Shown here piece after piece: positions 39,922 through 54,103 of a stretch of 64,000 nt of DNA. The translations under genes and the position numbers were made by a program. This DNA comes from Eledone cirrhosa (lineage: Eukaryota), in the NCBI GenBank assembly GCA_964016885.1, contig OZ024740.1, positions 311,116,001 to 311,180,000 of the forward strand, in the 5' to 3' direction. The notes under the pieces are model-generated. The model was not told the DNA's origin and ran no database searches. It saw nothing but the letters and a program-made list of their open reading frames with translations. Position 1 is the stretch's first letter. Every line of letters begins with the position of its first letter.

Positions 39922-41389
39922 CACATATATATATACATACATTTACATATATATATATATATAAACATACATACATATATATGTCTCTGTGTGTGTGAGT
40001 GTGTTTTTGTGTGTGTGATATGTGTGTATGTATGTGTGTCTGTGTGTGTCTGTGTGTGTGTCTGTGTGTGTTTACCTGTATGTATACGCATGTTAACCGT
40101 TGCAATGGCCGACAATATAAAAGCTAATAAATAAAATTGAAGAAGCAATATTCTTTAAATAGAATAGAGTTCATAAACAATATATATATATATAACAAAA
40201 CCAACAAAAAACGACCCAACCAATATAAATGAAACTAAGCCTTTGATAAACTCGCTTGAATGTTTAAAAACTAATTTAAAATCGTGAGAGAGACAAGGCT
40301 GAAAAATCGAACCTAATATTCGAATCGTAAGACAAAGCATTGAGTTAAAATATACAATATATTCGCAATCCCATCCTATTTTGATTAATTCTCACTAATT
40401 TTGCTTCATTCGTATGCTTGTGTATCGCTCCTTATTACGCTTTCTCTAGTTACCCTGTGTCTGCCTGTCAATTACGTCATTCGTACTGGTTTAGCTAAAG
40501 TAATATTTAGAGAACGAATGCAGTGTATCTATTGAAGCACATTTAAATCTTAAAGGAGAATCATGATTTCTAAAGGCCAACAATTTTGAGGGAGAGGAAA
40601 GTCGATTAAATCGACCCCAGTGCATTGCTGGTGCTTTATTTTATCGACCCCGTACGGATCCAACGAGATTTGGACTCAGAAAGTAACGGGCCGTAACTCT
40701 ATGTTGCCAATCCACCACCCTCTTAAGGGAGAATAATAAAAATATAAATAGTTCAGAGGCTCACTCCGTGTGAATAGCTGAGAAACCACATAATTTCGGA
40801 AAAAATATTTGCCCCACAGAATGAGATGATGCCAGGGTACCGACACTAGAATAAATTCATATTTAGATACCATATCCTAACGCAAATAGGGTAAACATCC
40901 GATGATGCAACAACAGTGAAAGGAACAGTGAAAACACAACAATGCGAACACCCACATAACACTAAATCAAAGTAGCCAAGAAATTTACTCAGAAAAAAGA
41001 AATACAATTAATATTCACTTACATGAGATAAACCTTGTAAAACAACATATCATGAATATACTTAGCAACTTCAGATACAAACTATCAGTTTATTGAAGTC
41101 AGAATGACAGCAAAGCAGAATTATTCAGCAGATACAGACATGCAGCTATCTATATGGATAACACCGGAAAATTAGAAGCAATGTATAAATAATTAATTTT
41201 ACTAAAACAGAATGCAAAATATCAATATAGAAAACAATTATAAAATTGACAAGCGGAGATAGAGTGACTACTGAATTAGCAAAGGAACAATTATAGAGAG
41301 GAACTATTTTAGAAAAACAATCTAAAAAACCATGATAAACAAAAGCAACGCCGACCATTGACAAAGAATAACAAATATTGAAATAACAA

Positions 41390-41820
41390 TAAGGCCAGTA
41401 ATTTTGGGGAGGGGAAAGTCGATTAAATCGACCCCAGCACGTTACTGGCACTTTATTTTATCGACCCAGTAAGGATGAAAGGCAAAATTAACCTCGGCGG
41501 GATTTGAATTCAGACCGTAAAGGGCCGTAACTCTATGCTGCAAAGCATGGTGTCTGATTCTCTACCGATACTGCCAATAAACCGCCCTTGACAATAATGG
41601 TTTCTTATTTAGGCACAAGGCCAGCAATTTTGGGGGGAGGGAAAAGTCGATGAAATTGACCCCAGTGCGTGACTGGTACTTTATTTTATCGACCCCCGTA
41701 AGGATGAAAGGTAAAGTTAACTTCGGCGGGATTTGAACTCAGATCGTAAAGGGCCTTAACTCTATGCGGCAAAACATGGCGTCCGACCCTCTACCGATAC
41801 TGCCAATCCACCGCCCTTGA
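41390..41820 (-). mobile_element. SINE family A dimer
   Basis: Two head-to-tail copies with A and B boxes and the central block. Confidence 0.85.
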
Positions 41821-42384
41821 CAATAATAAAAGTTATAAACCTCACTAAGAATTTGAATCCGCTTCACTGCATATAGGAATCACTGAAATGCGACAGTGTT
41901 CGCTTGGTAATCTCAGATCCGTGAAACTCGAGTAGGGAGAAAAGGAATTGATAATTCAGGAGAATATACTCTATATAATGTTTGAACACACGCATTTTCT
42001 GTCATTAACATGTCTTATAGTTTCCCTTACTACCTTTCATGATCTTGCCTTTCTTGCCTTTCTTTTGACGATAGCATAAGCAACTGCTGATCTTTCACAA
42101 AACCTTTAGATATGAACTGTCCAAGTGTTGATGCATAATCTCAGAAGACATGCGGAGGCTTACAGCTGTATACGAATAGTTTATATATAACAAGTAATGT
42201 AAGTAATATTTATATATTCTGATTGTTTTTGTACTTTGTCATATGTATTACATTATATAATAGAAGTATTGTTTTCTGCATAAGTGAGTTCTGGAATGTT
42301 TTCTTTTTAATCTTACTTCCATTGAGCTTTTTACAGAACAATGAAATCGAGATGTTCTTATTTCAATTTATCATATATATATAT

Positions 42385-42451
<67 letters not shown>

Positions 42452-43059
42452 AGATGGAGAGAGAGAGGGGGGGGATAAAGATATACAAACAAGAAATAAT
42501 TGTTTCTACTTTTGGCACAAGGCCAGCAATTATTCCAGTGTATTACTGGTGCTTTATTTTATCGACCCTGTAAGGATGAAAGGCAAAGTTAACCTCGGCG
42601 GGATAAGTGTGCGTTACAAACAAAGTATATTGTATTGTGTGTGAGTGTGTGTTATTCCTCGTGTCAGCTAGAAATTTTACAATATCGATGGCACGTGATG
42701 GAGCAAGTACACAAAATAATGAGATAATTTTAGATCTATGTATTCAGGATTTGGAGGAAGAATACAACGATTAGGAAAATAATATGACATATCACACGTC
42801 ATATGGCGCCTGTTATCTATGGTTACGAAAATATATCATTACAAATTTAAAATACGTGAGGATCAAATTTTCGTTAATATTTGCAAATTCACGTCCTTGT
42901 AAATAAATAAACAAGCAAAATTACGGATGTGGTGATATGAATTTATTAATGTAAATATGGAGAACAATACGAATATAAAGACATAAAGGAAAATAATATT
43001 AATAAAATTATGTGAAAGTAATAATAACAACAACAATAATAATAATGATTTGTAGTACA

Positions 43060-43370
43060 GTAATTTGAGTGGAGGGGAAAGTCGATTAAATCGCCCCCAG
43101 AGCGTGACTGGTACTTTATTTTATCGACCCCGTAAGAATGAAAGACAAAGTTAACTTCGGCAGGATTTGAGCTCAGATCATAAAGGGCCGTAACTCTATG
43201 CGGCAAAGCATGGTGTCCGACTCTCTACCGATACTGCCAATCCACCGCCCTTAAGAACAGCAATAATAATTGTTTCTATTTTAGACACAAGGCCAGCAAT
43301 TACTCAGTACATTACTGGTACTTTATTTTATCGACCCCGTAAGGATGAAAGGCAAAGTTAACCTCGGCCG
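43060..43370 (-). mobile_element. SINE family A copies (other partial copies at ~9941, 36575, 38843, 40565, 42497)
   Basis: Same motifs as other family A copies. Confidence 0.8.
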
Positions 43371-43371
43371 G

Positions 43372-45540
43372 TTATTGTTATTCATAGGATTGTTTTCTCA
43401 GATAAGGTGTTAAAGATCCGGATATTATGCAGTAGCGGACAACCAGTGGTCTTAATCATCACTAAATTTGTCTCCATCAACTGTCGATAATTTTAATGGT
43501 AATTCGCGCTGTTCAAAAAGAGCAAGCTATTTGGAGTAATGCTATAGGGTTCTCAATTACCATTTTCTTTATCCAGTAATCAAATTTATGACTACCCAAG
43601 GCATCTATCACTGCTGGTATGACTAACCTTTTTTTTTTTTTTTCTCAATTTCCCGAACCATCTATTGGATTGTAATTTTTCTCCTTTTCTTCTTTTTTCT
43701 TCACTCCTATGTCAAATAGGCACGTGTGGTTTATTATATATCCACATTTCTATTTTGTTTTTGTTTTTTGTCCACCAGAGTTGTGTCTGGTTTATTGTGC
43801 TCTAATATCTTGTCTGTCTGTATTGTGAAGTCCCATGAGATTTTATAATATGATTCAATTTCTTTCTATAACTTATGGTTATACCACTTATCTTATGGTT
43901 ATACCACTTATCTTATGGTTATACTATTTATCTTATGGTTATACCACTTATCTTATGGTTATACCACTTATCTTATGGTTATACTATTTATCTTATGGTT
44001 ATACCACTTATCTTATGGTTATACCACTTATCTTATGGTTATACCACTTATCTTAAGGTTATACAATTATCTTATGGTTATACCACTTATCTTATGGTTA
44101 TACCACTTATCTTATGGTTATACCACTTATCTTAAGGTTATACAATTATCTTATGGTTATACCACTTATCTTATGGTTATACCACTTATCTTATGGTTAT
44201 ACTATTTATCTTATGGTTATACCACTTATCTTATGGTTATACCACTTATCTTATGGTTATACCACTTATCTTATGGTTATACAATTATCTTATAGTTATA
44301 CCATTTATCAAATGGTTATACTATTTATCTTATGGTTATACCACTTATCTTATGGTTATACCACTTATCTTATGGTTATACCACTTATCTTAAGGTTATA
44401 CCACTTATCTTATGGTTATACTATTTATCTTATGGTTATACCAATTATCTTATAGTTATACCACTCATCTTATGGTTATACCACTTATCTTCACAATCAA
44501 ATCCACCAATTCTGGTAGAGTTTCCAATGTACAATCTTGATTACTTCATCGTGTCTTCATTTTTTGTATTCATTTTCCGCCAAACTAGGGCACTCGGCAA
44601 CAATGTCTGCCACTGTCTCCATGAACATTCCACACACTTTGCACATTAGGATATGTCTTCTTTGTATATGTGGTTCCTAATGCGATTTGTTTTGATAGGT
44701 TAGTCTTGAGAAGCTATGATAGTGCTTTCCGTTTCTTTCTTTAGACTTCTTTTTCGAAGCCAATCCTATGTATTTTTACCTCTCAGTTCTACGGTTCCTT
44801 GCTTAAAATGTCCCTGTACTTTCTTCTGTTTCCTTAAATTTTTATGCGTTTTGTACCTCTTCCTTTCATTTTCTCTGTTTCTCTTTCTTTAATACCAGTT
44901 CATTTTGTACTGCTTTCATCACGCTTCCCTTGCTTCGTTCTATATAATTAATCAGGCTTTTATTTTCCACGCTCGCATTGTATTCGAGACCTATAAGTCC
45001 TTAACCCCCATATTTTCTCTTCATGCTCTTGGGTAATGGGCACCATAAATGGACAACAATTTCTGGGTTTCCTATTCATTGTTTGGGGTTCCATTTCGAT
45101 ACAACCTATAACACCAGCTCCTTACCTTGTCATTGTTATAATTATGTTTCTTCCATTTAGTTAGCTATTAAGAATTTTCCAAATCATTTGTAAGTACTCA
45201 GTACATATTATCTCTTTCATTTTCATGTGCTGAATTCGTTCGCTTCCAAAGCATCTAAATACGTGTAGTTGGAACCTTCTTCTATTGATTTTATGTGCTC
45301 TTCATTGGGCGTCTTAATTCCAACGCTCCTCGTGAATTTCCTTCTTTTCAAGGTCAACTCAATATTTTGTTCATCCAAACTCCATTTTGATATACTCTGA
45401 GAAGATTTTAACAGTTTAAATAAAGTTGTCGAATCGATTCTCATTTTTGACAAATATTTTCAGGTCGTCCATGAACAGCAGACTCCACCTCCCTAGTTAA
45501 GGGTTGCAGTAGTCTGTTGTGGTAGAGTTTAAAGTCTGTT
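43372..45540 (-). mobile_element. R4/Dong-like non-LTR retrotransposon remnant (RT, CCHC, restriction-like endonuclease)
   Basis: Minus-strand peptides LFMDDLKIF (~45455-45480), CKVCGMFMETVADIVAEC...RHDEVIKIVHW (~44525-44645) and WDFTIQTDKILEHNKPD (~43785-43835). TAA-like tail at ~43372. Confidence 0.85.
43873..44490. repeat. 20-bp minisatellite (TTATGGTTATACCACTTATC) x ~31
   Basis: Direct reading; recurrent variant units (ACTATTT, AAGG, ACAATT). Confidence 0.95.
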
Positions 45541-45670
45541 GGGGTAGGATTACAGTCACTCCAGCCCGCTGCACTTCCAAAATATAAGATCGGATTGCAC
45601 ACACCCTCTGTGATCAATCAGAGACTGAATTGCCGCATTGCACTTTCGCAACCCGGACCCATCTCTCTCC

Positions 45671-45817
<147 letters not shown>

Positions 45818-47092
45818 TAAGACTGCGATGCCAAGCGGTTTAGTCTTGTGTGTTCAGCAAGCCTTTTCATATATGTATATGAGTTTGAATTGCAATTACA
45901 AAAGAATTAAAAGAGTAAGCCCTCGATAAGTACACATAGAAGTATTTCATATTACTTGAAATACATGGAAATTAATCACATGTATGTGTGTGTGTGCGCA
46001 CGCGTGTGTGTGTGTGTGTGTTGCTTCATTTCAGTGATTCAGTAGAAAAATTAACCACTGATTTTATCATGTTCTCTCTGTCTTTCTTTTTCTTTCTCCA
46101 TATTATAGTTCCTTATATAGGCAGAGTAACTGTAAATAAGACGTCATTTTGACAGCATACAAGCCAGTGTTTTGGACCTGTGTCGGTTCCGCAAAATGTG
46201 TTCAGGCTGTTAAATTATCAAAATAGCTTACCGGTAAAATTAACACACAAGGGATTCAGAATTTCATAGACAAGTGTACCCTAAACGTAGCTCTCGTGGA
46301 CATTCAACGTGAGTCAACGTGTGACAAGGCTGTCACTTCAAAATACAGATACAGATACAGGACTGGAGTAACGTGGAATAAAGTATCTTGCTCTAGAACG
46401 TAACACCCTAACCACTAAGCCACGCGCTTTCCCTGTGTAAAACAACATATATATTGATGCGTGGTGTAGAAATTCAGAATATCAAATGATATGATATTTG
46501 TTAATTTTGAATTATGTCTTATTGTAGTGAAATAGAATGCCTTCAACATAGAAGAGAACAGTCACATAAATTCCACTTTGCATGACCCTAGTAATGTATA
46601 TTTTTCTTTTACATATTTACGCGACTTGCATTTTGATGAATTATATCGACCCCAAGTACAAGGGCTGCTATTCATTTTATCGATTTATGAGTACTATTAA
46701 AGGTTAAGATGACCTGTATTACATGCCTTTATAAAATTGTCTCCATTTTTAATACCACCAGGTATTTGTGCTGATTTGCATATTCAAACACAACCGCAAA
46801 GGCAGACATGCACAAAACGAAGCACTAAATGCATGCACACACACGTGCACGTATACACACACTCATACACATACATACAAACACTCACACAAGTTCGACA
46901 ACATAAAAGGGTGTGGAAGAGCGTAAAATGGAAAGGAAGAGATTATTTAAATATCACACACATACCCACACTCATACATACACACACATACACACACATA
47001 CATACACACGCATACACACACACAAATAATTGTCGTTTACTAAACAACATGTAAACATTGAGATCCTTGTAAATGTTAGCATTCAACTATAC

Positions 47093-47665
47093 AGGGTGGT
47101 GTATTGGCAGAATCGGTAGAGCGTCGGACAAAATTCATTATGGCATAGAGTTACGGCCATTTGCAATCTCAATGCAAATCCTGCCGAGGTTAACTTTGCC
47201 TTTCTTCCTTACGGGTCGATAAAATAAAGTGAACTGGGGTCGGTTTAATCGAGTTTCCCCTCCCCTAAAATTGTTGGGCTTGTGCCTAAATCTGAAACCA
47301 TTATTATTATTATTATTATACCCTCCTATTTGGTAGTTATCCCCTCCCTATTGGGGAATTCTCATTGTTGTATTTTCTTGTTATTGTTATTTATATTTTT
47401 TTACACGTTTTATATGTAAACCCCCACTGTCCCCGTATATTGTATTGTTCCCTATATGTCGGTCGTTGTGGCCAATAAATGAAACCATTATTATTATTAT
47501 TATAGGATTGTTTTCTTGCATAAGGTGTTAAAAATCAGGATATTATGCGATGGCGGACAACAACCAATAGTCTTATTTATCACTAAATTTGTCTCAACTG
47601 TCGTTGATTTAGTCGACTTTCCCTTCCCTCAAAATCGTTGGCCTGGTGCCTAAATCAGAAACCAA
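47093..47665 (+). mobile_element. Nested cluster: SINE A (47093-47320), Tx1-like 3' UTR fragment (47320-47503), Dong 3' end on the minus strand (47503-47610), SINE tail
   Basis: CCCTATTGGGGAATT.TCATTGTT matches LINE 30736-30760. 47503-47605 matches 43385-43490. Segments are joined by (ATT)n. Confidence 0.75.
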
Positions 47666-47854
47666 TATGTATTTAATACTACTAAAGATGGAATGAAATC
47701 AAAGACATAATATATTCTACTCTAAAATATTTATTTTATTCGAAAGAACATTGACTGATAAACTATGGAACGAAATCAGAGATACGACATTATGTTGTGC
47801 ATGCGTTTCCGGAAGTCCAGACACGCTCACATACTTTTAACTAGATATCGTAGT

Positions 47855-47937
<83 letters not shown>

Positions 47938-49292
47938 ATGACGTCCTCCGGTACCTTTTATCTTTATCAAACTTCACTCACATAATATTGATTACCATCA
48001 GTTATAAATTATGTAAAAATTAGGGGTTGCTTTTGAAGAAACTGCAGTATTCATACGTTAATATAAATATTACGGTTAGTTTTAGGGAGGTATGCCATGC
48101 TATACATTAAAATAAATATTCAAGGTTTTTTTAAGGAGGGGCAGAGGTCGTATTCTTAATAAGATGTGAACGAGTTGGGTGGGGTATTAATGCCTTTCAT
48201 GGTGTCAATTATGACGTAAATCAACAGATATTGCTTCATGCAAAAATCGATAAAAGTGTGTCTGTGTGTCTTGCCGGAGGTTTCTGACGACTTCCTCTCT
48301 GGTGCTTGCTACTTAACTACTTGCAAATTTCCCTAACTTGTAGAAAAAGATGTGTCATCTGTTGATATTCGAGACTTTTTTTCCTGGGAGGATTAGTGAT
48401 CTAAGTGATGTAAAACGCCTTCAAATAGGAACCAAAATTGATTCACCGACTTTAGGCACCGATAGCTTGGCTCTTATTCTCTTGTTGTATGGCATTAAGC
48501 AAATGTTCCTGCTTTCAGTGGATTTGGAAATAGTAGACGCATGTTTATTAGGTTTTACCAGACAGCCATATCACTGACAAAGGAATCACTGACAAGAGCT
48601 ATCTAGAAAATATTAATAAACCGGCCAGTTTAATAAATTATCGATTTGGCTTCTGCAATTGCACATTGATTTCTTCGTTTCCCGTCTTTACTAAGTCGAT
48701 AAACTGATTGGATGATATAATATCTATTTGACAAATCTATTAACAAATATCAAACGACTGAAGCTGGAAATTAAAGGAAATTACCAGACTTAGATATCTA
48801 TTGTTGGCGTCGTAGTTGAAAACGTTAATGTTTTATGATTTTTTCCGGCTGAAGTTCTTTTCCCTTTGAGTGAATTTATGTCTGCGTAACAACATATGTT
48901 TATGTATGTATGTGTATCCATGTACGTATGTAGATGTGAATGTGTCTATATATATGTATGTGTCGATGTGTATATGGGTGTGTATTTTTTAGACTTTCTG
49001 TGCCCACGCGTGTGTGTTAGTGTATTGAATGGACTAGGTTTACATAACACTTATCAGCAATAACTTTTCTAGGGTAGATGTGATGAACAGATAAATAATA
49101 ATATTATTGGATTGTTGACTTCTCAGTTCGTGAGCTCGTATCTCAATGCAAATATCGTATCAACTCCCTACTTTAATCACTCTCTTTGCTCACGACCCCC
49201 GCCCTTGGCTGAATTGATAACGTTATCAGTACGCATGTGGAAGGTTAAAGTTTAATATACCATCACCAACACTCACTGAAGACTTGAGAAAC

Positions 49293-49346
<54 letters not shown>

Positions 49347-50126
49347 AAAAATTACAGTAGAAAATGCTGGAGGGATTTTTTTCAGTATAATATCAAAACA
49401 TAAAGTGGATATTTCCGCATTTAATCGTGGCACCGGTTTCAGAATGTTATGCTTTTTCAACGGTGGAAGTGCAGAGTGCAGTTAAATTGCATATTTATAC
49501 ATATAATAATAAAATTGGGAAAAGAAATTATTAGTTTTTACATACATATTTAGAGAGGAAAGGTCCGAGGCTATCCTCCGTTCTCTGCTAGTTGACCAAC
49601 AGAGGTGGTAGTAGTTTAAATTTTTGGTTCTGACTGCTGGTTTCGACTGGTAGTAGTGGACCGAGAGGGAGAAGGAGGAGAAGAAGGAGAAGTGGTGGTG
49701 TGGTAGCAATCTGTTGTGGGGATAGTCACTATCAACAATGGCAACAATGGTAAGCTGGACGTGGGATTGGTTTGAATGGTTGAATGACCTTAGAGTTGAC
49801 TGGGGAAATATTTATGACTACACCTCTCTTTCTATACACAAGAGTTCATACTCCAGTCTTCTTCTCAGCAAGCAAAATGAAAAAAAAACTTACCTCTTAA
49901 TTTTAAATCTTTAATTTTTAGTTTTTAATTCTTATACTTTATATACATTATAAAACTCTTTTTTAAAAGAATTGTCCCTCTTATTTTTTCAATAATGTCA
50001 CTTTGACGAATCAAAGAAATGAAAAAAAAAGAAAAACAGACCCTAAAATATATTTTCCGTGCTTCACCTTTTCTCTATAACCACTGTTTTGTGTAGAACC
50101 TTGCTTCCCTTTTCTTATATATATAT

Positions 50127-51064
50127 ATATCTACCAACATATGTATACAGATGTATACCCATGCTAGCAAATATATATGTTATGTCTTAGTACCTTTGTG
50201 GTTCTATGCAGGGGGATGCAGAACAATTATATGAAAGACGTAAAATAAGAAAATTTTAAAAATTAAAAATTAACTTACTTACTAAAATTTTCACTCCAAC
50301 CAATTAGTTTCTGTAAGGGAATAAATATAGTTACGTAATGTAACTATAGAGAAGTCCTTACGTCATCAGGTAGTCTATTCTCAGCTAAGTTCCCAGACAA
50401 TGCGCGGACACTTCTCTATAGTTACATTACGTAACTATATTTATTCCCTTACAGAAACTAATTGGTTGGAGTGAAAATTTTAGTAAGTTAATTTTTAATT
50501 TTTAAAATTTTCTTATTTTACGTCTTTCATATAATTGTTCTGCATCCCCCTGCATAGAACCACAAAGGTACTAAGACATAACATATATATTTGCTAGCAT
50601 GGGTATACATCTGTATACATATGTTGGTAGATATACTAATTCTCTATATTTATCTCCAAATTATTTGTTGAGCGAAACTTGCCAAAATTTACTGCTATGG
50701 TTCATGGTAGTAGTTAGGCTCTTCTCATAATACCACCCCACTCCTCACTGATTAACCTCAGTGTCACGTGATTGATTCTTTATAATTTGCCACTGACCAA
50801 GTAGGCAGTGAATTTTTTCAGTGCCCTGGAATTTAGTCCCCGCTAGCTTTATTCCATCTACTGAATTATTATTTTTATATGGGTTCCTAGTGTCCGCGCA
50901 TTGGCTGGGAACTTAGCTGAGAATAGACTCCCTGATGACGTAAGGACTTCTCTATAGTTACATTACGTAACTATATTTATTCCCTTACAGAAACTAATTG
51001 GTTGGAGTGAAAACTTTAGTAAGTAAGTTAATTTTTAATTTTTAAAATTTTCTTATTTTACGTC

Positions 51065-51070
<6 letters not shown>
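50127..51070 (+). mobile_element. ORF-less element with ~536-bp unit, partial tandem copy, inverted 5' segment and hammerheads on both strands
   Basis: 50411-50531 is repeated at 50947-51070. 50127-50410 is an inverted copy that spans the unit junction. (TA)n flanks. Confidence 0.88.
50927..51008 (+). ncRNA. Type I hammerhead ribozyme motif (inverted copy ~50293-50374, minus strand)
   Basis: ACTCC-CTGATGA-CGTAAGG...CCTTACA-GAAAC-TAATTG-GTT-GGAGT. Long stem II with an inner hairpin TATAGTTAC/GTAACTATA. Confidence 0.8.
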
Positions 51071-51140
<70 letters not shown>

Positions 51141-51145
<5 letters not shown>

Positions 51146-51542
51146 TAAACGGAATAGAAAATGCTGACAAATTGTTCACAGTTGAAAAATGGTTTAATTA
51201 GGAATAAAAGAGTAATAGTAATTGTATGGGTTAGTATTCAGTTGTGGTTTTAAGTTTTTAAGTTTTTACCGGTTGCGCATTTCTAAATGCTTTTCAAAAA
51301 TAAGTTTGAGATAGAGTGTCCGTGTTTTTTGCTCTGATCTCAAACTTATTTTTGAAAAGCATTTAGAAATGCGCAACCGGTAAAAACTTATAAACTTAAA
51401 ACCACAACTGAATACTAACCCATACAATTACTAATACTCTTTTATTCCTAATTAAACCATTTTTCAACTGTGAACAATTTGTCAGCATTTTCTATTCCGT
51501 TTACCAATATATAATAACTTGTGTGTTACACCTCTATTCTTT

Positions 51543-51546
<4 letters not shown>
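51141..51546. mobile_element. Palindromic non-autonomous element flanked by (TA)n (copy 2)
   Basis: Homologous to 4188-4615 in the opposite orientation. Arms ~170 bp with a ~25-bp unpaired centre. Confidence 0.85.
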
Positions 51547-51602
<56 letters not shown>

Positions 51603-52804
51603 GTTCAAAAGAAGTAAATAATAGTCATGTTTCGAAACATCCTTGGTCATATGTCTGCTCAGTCAGAAGTGGAGTTACCGTATTTTCCTAAAATAAGTCT
51701 CAAACATCTATCAATGCGTCCTGGAGGCTGAAGGCTTTTTTGTTTTTTTTTTAATCAAATCTTTGGTTGTCAAAATAAGGGTCCTAGAGGACGAGCGCCT
51801 TCGGCGCCGGAAAATACAGTAAATAACAAAGTGATATTTCTAGATATCACTTTTTGCGTTCAGAAATTTGTCTGGCATTGAATGCAGTATAGGAAATAGT
51901 TAGACAAGCACCATATGGGAAATAGGTAGGTCCCAGCAGAAGGAATGCCTGTTAGCGATTAATGTCTGGAGGTATTTCAGTAAACTTCCATCACAAATAT
52001 CACTGAAGAAGACATTCGTCTAGCAAATTGCATTTTGTCATGAACTTATGAAGTATGGGATATTGGTACCTTCTTTTTTAAAAAAATTATGTTTTTCCTG
52101 ATTATCTGGATTCTGGCGAGGCATATCTGAAATACAGTTTCGATTCTAATTTGAATATATTCTATTTCTGTTTTCTCGTCAGAAGGCGGAGTAAACTCCG
52201 TTCATTAAAATAAGAAATAGGAGCGCACCAATTTCATTATCATGCAACGTTCAGTTAAAACTCCCACTGAGCGAATCTGAAATAGATATGAATAATGGAT
52301 ATCACAACTAGTGTTGTTTTCCAAAACCTGTAAAGAAAATATAAAACTGTGTTGCAGCGAATGTTCTTGAAGTTATAGGAAAATCAATCTAACAATAATT
52401 TGCAAGTTCGATAGAAAGATATATCTAAATTCTTCGTTCTAGCAAGAATGAATAATTGATTCCTTGTATCGCTTTCAATGTCTTATTCGTTCACCATAAT
52501 TTTTACACGCATGATAGAATAATCTTGATGAAATGTAAAATAGCCATATTGATCCATCATTATTTTCGTGTTTAAAACGAAATGGTACCAATAACTGTCT
52601 GAACACAGCGGCCATGTCATATGCCTCTCATTTGTTGTCGGGTTTTGGGAATTGTTTAGTCTTTTCGACACGAACTAACGTAGACTCTGCAACGTGTGAC
52701 ACCCGCCATTAATACCATATAAAAACATTTCTTCCCGTATATATTAAGGTACACTGATATTCGGTCGTTCGTTCTTTCTCCTCTCCTTTTCTCCCTCTCT
52801 CTCT

Positions 52805-52837
<33 letters not shown>

Positions 52838-52838
<1 letters not shown>

Positions 52839-53048
52839 CGAAGGAAATTTGATAGTGAACCAGATGGACTATAACGCACCAGAGTACTCAATACTTAGGG
52901 TAGTAGAGTGGGTAATAGGAAAATGTATGACCCCGACGGCAGAGCTCAAGCCTTTTCGGCGGCTATTTCTGGACTCTCTAGAAATAAATTCATCCAGAAA
53001 TAGCCGTCGAAACGGCTTGAGCTCTGCCGTCGGGATCATACTTTTTCC

Positions 53049-53050
<2 letters not shown>
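52838..53050. mobile_element. Family C element with terminal fold-back (copy 3)
   Basis: Homologous to 34608-34815; same arms, different loop; (TA)n flanks. Confidence 0.75.
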
Positions 53051-53080
<30 letters not shown>

Positions 53081-53249
53081 TATATTGTTATACTTGGGGA
53101 GGGTCATATTTGCGTAATATTGCCAGAATTAATAACAGAACACACTCACTGTTTGGTTGGTTTTCGCTTCTCGCTGTCTTTTATATCTGCGATCTTGTTA
53201 TATATATATACATACACACATATATATTGTTATATTTAAAAATATATAT

Positions 53250-53352
<103 letters not shown>

Positions 53353-53479
53353 CAAGAAAGTGTTGGTAAAATCCAGTACTTCAGTATGCGGATAGGGAGC
53401 ACTCAACGAAGATATAAGTTCCCGAGTTATAATAGTGACGAAACATAAGTCAATTGCATGAACTCATAATCCTTTATTT

Positions 53480-53535
53480 ACTGCTATATATATTTTGATG
53501 ATAGCCATTGAATGGCTATGACCTCATCAGGCAGT
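53480..53535 (-). ncRNA. Degenerate hammerhead motif
   Basis: ACTGC-CTGATGA-hairpin(ATAGCCA/TGGCTAT)-decayed GAAAC/GTA-GCAGT, then AATAAA. Confidence 0.4.
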
Positions 53536-53942
53536 TAGTCAGTTCTTAGATATGCCAGCTCTGTGTTTATGGTGTTGATGGTATCAGAGCCTTGGGACAT
53601 ATGAACTTGCTAGGGATAATTTAATGTTGTCAGCAGGAATAATCTTAATTCTCATTGGTCAATTTGTAGATGCTAGTAGGATTGGTATTTGGTGCTGTTG
53701 TAAAGTTCAAAACGTCAGGCAAGATGACAATAGTTCCATATGACTGATTTTCACAAAAAGCATTCCTGGTCAGATATATATTCAATTGAGTTTTATAGTA
53801 TGAAATTCGATACTACAGGTCATTCTTAAATTGAGGAATTTATGTGGGGTGGTACTATTGAAAATTATGGTTAGAGTAGAATACTAGAAAATTTACATAA
53901 AGAAAGACTTATGTTGGTTGACTTGCACATACACTCACACCC

Positions 53943-54103
<161 letters not shown>

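Noticed and set aside
43873-44490. Regular short repeat array as a CRISPR
   Set aside because: Units are contiguous with no unique spacers, there are no cas genes, and the context is eukaryotic.
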